DNA of 64,000 nucleotides from a virus (lineage: Duplodnaviria > Caudoviricetes). The notes under the pieces are model-generated. The model saw nothing but the letters and a program-made list of their open reading frames with translations. It searched no databases and was not told where the DNA came from. The stretch lies in IMG/VR virus record IMGVR_UViG_3300021958_000024; one strand, 5' to 3'. Within the stretch, counting starts at the first letter, position 1, and each line of letters starts with the position of its first letter. Both the position numbers and the translations under genes were made by a program. Below, piece after piece: positions 60,019 to 64,000 of the stretch.

Positions 60019-61200
60019 ATGCAATACGACTTTATGACAACCAAAGAACTGAATAATAGGATTGAGGGTATGACGGTATTTAATGCCGAACAAGTGAATA
60101 CTAAAAAGCAACCAATGTTCTTTGGTAAACCTTTAGGTCCACAAAGATATGATTCTTACAAATACCCAGTTTTTGATAAACTTACTACTCAACAACTTGG
60201 ATATTTTTGGAGACCAGAAGAAGTTTCACTACAAAAAGATCGTGGAGATTATCAAACATTAGAACCAGAACAGAAACATATCTATACTTCTAACTTAAAG
60301 TATCAGATTATGCTTGATTCTATTCAGGGTCGTGGACCTAATATGGCATTCCTTCCATATTGCTCACTTCCTGAACTTGAGGCATGTATAGAAGTATGGG
60401 GATTTATGGAAATGATCCATAGTCGTTCTTATACCTACATCATCAAAAACATTTATTCGGACCCAGCTGAAGTCTTTGATAAGATTGTGACCGATGAGCG
60501 CATTCTAGAGCGTTCTAGAAGCGTTACAGAAGCATATGATGACTTTATTCATAGTGCTCAAATGTGGGGTACTAGTAATATGTGGAAAGAAGATTTCAGG
60601 TCCTCACCAAGTTCCAAATGGGAGATCAACGATGTCAAACGAAAACTATACAGAGCAGTTGCGAATGTTAACATTCTTGAAGGCATTAGGTTCTATGTCT
60701 CCTTCGCTTGCTCGTTTGCATTTGGAGAACTCAAGCTTATGGAAGGATCCGCTAAAATTATCTCTCTCATCGCACGAGACGAAAATCAGCATCTTGCAAT
60801 TACTCAAAACATTTTGAACAAATGGAAATCTGGTGATGATCCTGAAATGAAGAAGATCATGGAGGAAGAAGAAGAGTGGACTTATAAAGCATTTGATATT
60901 GCTGTAAATGAAGAAAAGAAGTGGGCAGATTATCTGTTCAAAGATGGATCTATGATTGGTTTGAACGACAAACTGCTAAAACAGTATGTAGAGTGGATTG
61001 CTAATAGGAGACTAAAGGCAATCGGTTTAAAACCTCAGTATGATATTTCTGCGAATAATAATCCTCTCCCTTGGACCCAACATTGGATTTCTTCCAAAGG
61101 TCTTCAAGTTGCTCCTCAGGAGACTGAAGTAGAATCTTACCTAGTAGGGGGAATCAAACAAGATGTCCAGTCCAACACATTCTCAGGATTCAAACTATAA
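60019..61200 (+). CDS. nrdB: Ribonucleotide reductase class I beta subunit
   Basis: FWRPEEV, EMIHSRSY, LEGIRFYVSF, RDENQH, VAPQETE. Confidence 0.97.
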   Translation: MQYDFMTTKELNNRIEGMTVFNAEQVNTKKQPMFFGKPLGPQRYDSYKYPVFDKLTTQQLGYFWRPEEVSLQKDRGDYQTLEPEQKHIYTSNLKYQIMLDSIQGRGPNMAFLPYCSLPELEACIEVWGFMEMIHSRSYTYIIKNIYSDPAEVFDKIVTDERILERSRSVTEAYDDFIHSAQMWGTSNMWKEDFRSSPSSKWEINDVKRKLYRAVANVNILEGIRFYVSFACSFAFGELKLMEGSAKIISLIARDENQHLAITQNILNKWKSGDDPEMKKIMEEEEEWTYKAFDIAVNEEKKWADYLFKDGSMIGLNDKLLKQYVEWIANRRLKAIGLKPQYDISANNNPLPWTQHWISSKGLQVAPQETEVESYLVGGIKQDVQSNTFSGFKL

Positions 61201-61231
61201 TATAGAAAAGTACAAAGAAGAGTGGGACTTG

Positions 61232-61378
61232 ATGGAGTCAATCGAACCGTTGACTCCTAAACCAAGTAAAACTGAAGTTGAACTTTGTCTAGATGCTTAT
61301 AGAGAAGCAGCAGAGTATGATGATTTTATATTTGGAAATATTGATGTACTTAGTGGTTTTACTGGAATAAGGACATAG
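61232..61378 (+). CDS. Small hypothetical protein
   Basis: MESIEPLTPK...AYREAAEYDDFIFG; start uncertain. Confidence 0.45.
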   Translation: MESIEPLTPKPSKTEVELCLDAYREAAEYDDFIFGNIDVLSGFTGIRT

Positions 61379-61401
61379 ATAGTGAAGATGCGACATTTTT
61401 T

Positions 61402-61563
61402 ATGCCAAGCAACGGAGTAAAGAAAGACGAACTCAAGGTTCGTGTGCTAAAATTAAAGCGTCAGGTAGATCAAGAACCTTCAACAGTATGGAAGGGTGAG
61501 AGAGAACTCGCTCATAAATACTTAAACAAAGTTCTTGATATACTTGATGAGTATCGATATTGA
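61402..61563 (+). CDS. Small 53-aa hypothetical protein (not in ORF track)
   Basis: MPSNGVKKDELKVRVLKLK...ELAHKYLNKVLDILDEYRY*. Confidence 0.65.
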   Translation: MPSNGVKKDELKVRVLKLKRQVDQEPSTVWKGERELAHKYLNKVLDILDEYRY

Positions 61564-61660
61564 TTATGAAAACCCTTGGATCTATAATGAGAGTGTTTTT
61601 ACCAGTGATGATATTGGGGACTACTACGGTTTTGTTTATCTCATTACCAATAAGTCATAA
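61547..61660 (+). pseudogene. N-terminal fragment of a GIY-YIG (endonuclease II-like) nuclease
   Basis: MSIDIDYENPWIYNESVFTSDDIGDYYGFVYLITNKS* stops right after the GIY-like motif, before YIG. Confidence 0.75.
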
Positions 61661-61682
61661 CAATCCAAAAACTATAATAGAA

Positions 61683-62387
61683 CTAATTAACAATAAAGAT
61701 TAGTCCCTCCTTTAATTGTTTCTTATATTTTTGGTATCCTATTTTCTTTTCTTTTAAGTAAGATACAACACTTTCCCAAGTATTTTCTCCATCACTCACT
61801 CTTACATTTTTTGATGTTGTGAGTGCTTTTTTATGCCCTTCAGTAAGCTTTGTTCCATACCTAGGATTTCCTTCACCAGAGTACATCTTACTAAACTTCT
61901 CACGGACTTCTGGTTTATACATTGGATTGTATGATTTATCTTTCATCTTTTCACTTCTCATATCGCAGAACTTATCGTTTCTCATAACGACTTCATAAAT
62001 TCCTGCCCTCTCACTTACAAAAAATCTTCCTTCAATATTTGTGTTATAATAATCATCAGTCATTAGAACATCTCTTTTAAATTGTTCCATAGTTTCATAA
62101 TAAGACATTGATTTTTTATGGGGACATAGGTAGAGTATTTCTCTCAAAAACTTATCTTCACCAAGAAGTTTTACATCTTCATTTAATTCATCACAAGATC
62201 CAAAATATTTTTTCCAATCACTTTCTTTTGTTTTTCTTCTACCAATCTTTTTATCTTTTCTCCTTGTCCAAAAAGATTTTTTACCAACATATTTTCTATC
62301 ATTTGTTAGATTTGTTATGAGATAAACAAACCCCTCAATACCTTTAGGAGCCTCTATGAATTCTTTTTCGTTATATCTCCAAGACAT
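61683..62387 (-). CDS. GIY-YIG homing endonuclease with NUMOD3-like C-terminal DNA-binding region
   Basis: GFVYLITN...KYVGKK, YFGS, YYNTNI; tail NPMYK, GEGNPRYGTKLTEGHKK; only convincing minus-strand gene; own late promoter. Confidence 0.85.
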   Translation of the reverse strand: MSWRYNEKEFIEAPKGIEGFVYLITNLTNDRKYVGKKSFWTRRKDKKIGRRKTKESDWKKYFGSCDELNEDVKLLGEDKFLREILYLCPHKKSMSYYETMEQFKRDVLMTDDYYNTNIEGRFFVSERAGIYEVVMRNDKFCDMRSEKMKDKSYNPMYKPEVREKFSKMYSGEGNPRYGTKLTEGHKKALTTSKNVRVSDGENTWESVVSYLKEKKIGYQKYKKQLKEGLIFIVN

Positions 62388-62432
62388 AAAAATACTTTCT
62401 ACCATAAAAATATTTATAACGAAAGTATTTTT
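62388..62432 (-). promoter_or_regulatory. Late promoter inside a translation-sequestering hairpin
   Basis: 12-bp inverted repeat AAAAATACTTTC/GAAAGTATTTTT enclosing minus-strand TATAAATA (62411-62418), adjacent to the ATG. Confidence 0.75.
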
Positions 62433-62487
62433 TGGATTATATTAATAACTTTCATTATAAATATTTTGAGAGACTTTTGGAAAGAAT

Positions 62488-63048
62488 ATGAAAACATTCC
62501 AAGAATTTATGATAGAATGCTATTCCATTCAGGAAACATCTTTAAATAGAATTCGTTCTACGTCGCAGAAAGGTGGTATGGCTATCCTATCTGGACAGAG
62601 AGGAGATAAGTCTTCCAAAGAAAATAAAGAAAGAAGCAAGAGAACTGAAAGAAGGATTCGTGGTGCTGGTCTTCCTGGTCCCACAAAAGTTTCTGGAAGA
62701 TATACGGAGAATCCTGGAACATCTGATGAGAAAAAGGTGGGAGAGAAGTCTCATGTAGTTTCTTCTGGTAAGATGGGCAAAAGGAAGTTTAAAAAGACAA
62801 TTGAGAAACTGGGTACAGAGGCTGGACTTAAACAGAAAAAGAATGTAAAATCAAGTTCAAGCAAAGATGATCAGGACTCAGTTCTGATCCAACGAAAACC
62901 AGGAGGATCTGCTACACTTAAAGGAACTTCGAAAACATCTTGGCCTGGTAAAGGTAAAAATGTTAAAGTGGGGAAAATGAAACCAGGACGCACTGGTGAA
63001 TTTGATACAAAAGTTAAAAACAAAACGTTTACTTATGAAAAAGACTAA
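62488..63048 (+). CDS. Basic protein with T4-type capsid targeting sequence (putative internal head protein)
   Basis: MKTFQEFMIE N-terminus; TATAAATA at 62456-62463. Confidence 0.75.
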   Translation: MKTFQEFMIECYSIQETSLNRIRSTSQKGGMAILSGQRGDKSSKENKERSKRTERRIRGAGLPGPTKVSGRYTENPGTSDEKKVGEKSHVVSSGKMGKRKFKKTIEKLGTEAGLKQKKNVKSSSSKDDQDSVLIQRKPGGSATLKGTSKTSWPGKGKNVKVGKMKPGRTGEFDTKVKNKTFTYEKD

Positions 63049-63214
63049 GTTTCCATTTCAACATATTGTTTTAGAGGACAAAAAAGAAGTCTGGGTTATT
63101 TGTGATAGCGCCATTACTGCTATGGGAATTAGTTCTATCGTTAAAAAGTTTTATCCTGGATACACTCCTCACATTGCCTCTAAAGATTATTTCTCAGAAC
63201 TATCTAAACCTTGA
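63035..63214 (+). CDS. Small hypothetical protein
   Basis: MKKTKFPFQHIV...FYPGY. Confidence 0.6.
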   Translation: MKKTKFPFQHIVLEDKKEVWVICDSAITAMGISSIVKKFYPGYTPHIASKDYFSELSKP

Positions 63215-63456
63215 AAAATTACTATGAGCCTCTTTCGAAACTTAAAGAAGATGTGGAAAAATACGGTAAGGGGATATTCCGACGGACTATCCTCTCCCTC
63301 CACAAAACAAAAGGCAAAACAAACTTTGAAGAAACGAAACAACTCTTCCAGAACAACGTCCTCACGGAAGCCCTTGACACAGGAGAACCAGCATACTACA
63401 ATAGCAACATCCTCAGCAGATACTTCAGAAAAGATTATTATGGAAAAGACGATTGA
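63211..63456 (+). pseudogene. C-terminal fragment of the same GIY-YIG nuclease
   Basis: KNYYEPLSKLKEDVEKYGKGIFRRTILSLH...EE...YYNSNILSRYF aligns with the intact minus-strand homolog; YxGS is degenerate. Confidence 0.75.
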
Positions 63457-63625
63457 ACCAGTAAAACTTATTCGTGAATGGTCAATCAATAGAATCCATG
63501 ACCTTGCAGAAGGTGATATTGAATCTCAGTTTGACGCAGTAGCGATTGCAGAGGAGTTTGATGAATGGATTAATATTCCTCCAGATGTAGAAGAAATGAC
63601 TTATCTTGCTCTGGAAGAAGAATAA
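63440..63625 (+). CDS. Small acidic hypothetical protein
   Basis: MEKTIEPV...AIAEEFDEWI. Confidence 0.6.
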   Translation: MEKTIEPVKLIREWSINRIHDLAEGDIESQFDAVAIAEEFDEWINIPPDVEEMTYLALEEE

Positions 63626-63693
63626 ATAAAGAATGAGGTTTTAACTAGCGTAGAAACTGGCCACTTCGTAAATCCAGTAAGACCTCAAAACAC

Positions 63694-63722
63694 TTGACAA
63701 AAACCAATAACTATGGTATAAT
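63694..63722 (+). promoter_or_regulatory. Consensus sigma70 promoter for the tRNA cluster
   Basis: TTGACA-N17-TATAAT with TG. Confidence 0.85.
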
Positions 63723-63730
63723 AGTTGTAT

Positions 63731-63804
<74 letters not shown>

Positions 63805-63806
63805 TT

Positions 63807-63879
63807 GCCTCCGTAGCTCAGTTGGTAGAGCAGGGCTTTTGTAAAGCTCAGGTCGCAAGTTCAAATCTTGTCAGAGGCT
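63807..63879 (+). tRNA. tRNA-Thr(UGU)
   Basis: Cloverleaf; anticodon loop TTTGTAA; T-loop GTTCAAA; one C-A mismatch in the acceptor stem. Confidence 0.92.
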
Positions 63880-63881
63880 TA

Positions 63882-64000
63882 ACGGGATGGCGACACCCGT
63901 ACTCACATTTCCGAGAGAAAAAAGAATCGGAGCAACAACCCATGTGAGGAGGAGGTGGGATCCCTCTTGGTGCCACCGCTGCTGACGAGTAGCGGTTATT
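63882..64000 (+). ncRNA. Candidate GC-rich multi-stem ncRNA downstream of the tRNAs (may run past the window)
   Basis: GNRA-capped stem, nested CTCACAT/ATGTGAG and TTCCGA/TCGGAG stems, ACCGCTGCT/AGTAGCGGT stem. Confidence 0.5.

Larger units (their letters stand above)
61661..63210. mobile_element. Homing-endonuclease cassette inserted in the resident GIY-YIG gene (ends approximate)
   Basis: Separates the N- and C-terminal halves of one nuclease; has divergent late promoters and two cargo ORFs. Confidence 0.6.

Noticed and set aside
42257-61200. Introns or inteins in gp43, gp41, nrdA, nrdB
   Set aside because: All have normal length and contiguous motifs; no intein termini or frame breaks seen
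61660-63211. Group I intron splicing the split nuclease back together
   Set aside because: No recognisable intron core; the insert holds divergent genes; the YIG segment is deleted, so splicing would not restore the protein

Overview
A 64-kb stretch of a T4-like cyanomyophage genome (Kyanoviridae-type). It is AT-rich and almost entirely coded on the + strand. Gene order: end of baseplate gp8, a 2573-aa VrlC-like structural protein, neck/tail/packaging/head module (gp13-gp23, gp3), uvsY/uvsW, gp55, gp47/gp46, an inserted NAD-dependent epimerase, a CobT/CobS-like VWA+AAA pair, the replication module (gp45, gp44, dam, gp62, regA, hsp20, gp43, uvsX, gp41, mazG), a late cluster of unusual acidic/basic modular proteins plus a nucleotidyltransferase, primase gp61, nrdA/nrdB, a GIY-YIG nuclease gene split by a homing-endonuclease cassette, two tRNAs and a structured RNA cut by the window end. 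Most notable signals: (i) late-expressed proteins built from acidic spacers and very basic cargo segments, separated by prohead-protease-like (L/I/V)xE sites, plus several ORFs with T4-type capsid-targeting N-termini, suggesting a capsid-packaged polyprotein cargo system; (ii) a GIY-YIG cassette with a hairpin-enclosed late promoter and cargo genes, sitting inside a homologous resident gene; (iii) an NtcA-type promoter ahead of two tiny membrane peptides; (iv) a consensus antisense promoter facing the late region; (v) candidate small ncRNAs; (vi) apparent RAATTY avoidance. All product calls come from motif and synteny recognition by eye; no database searches were run.
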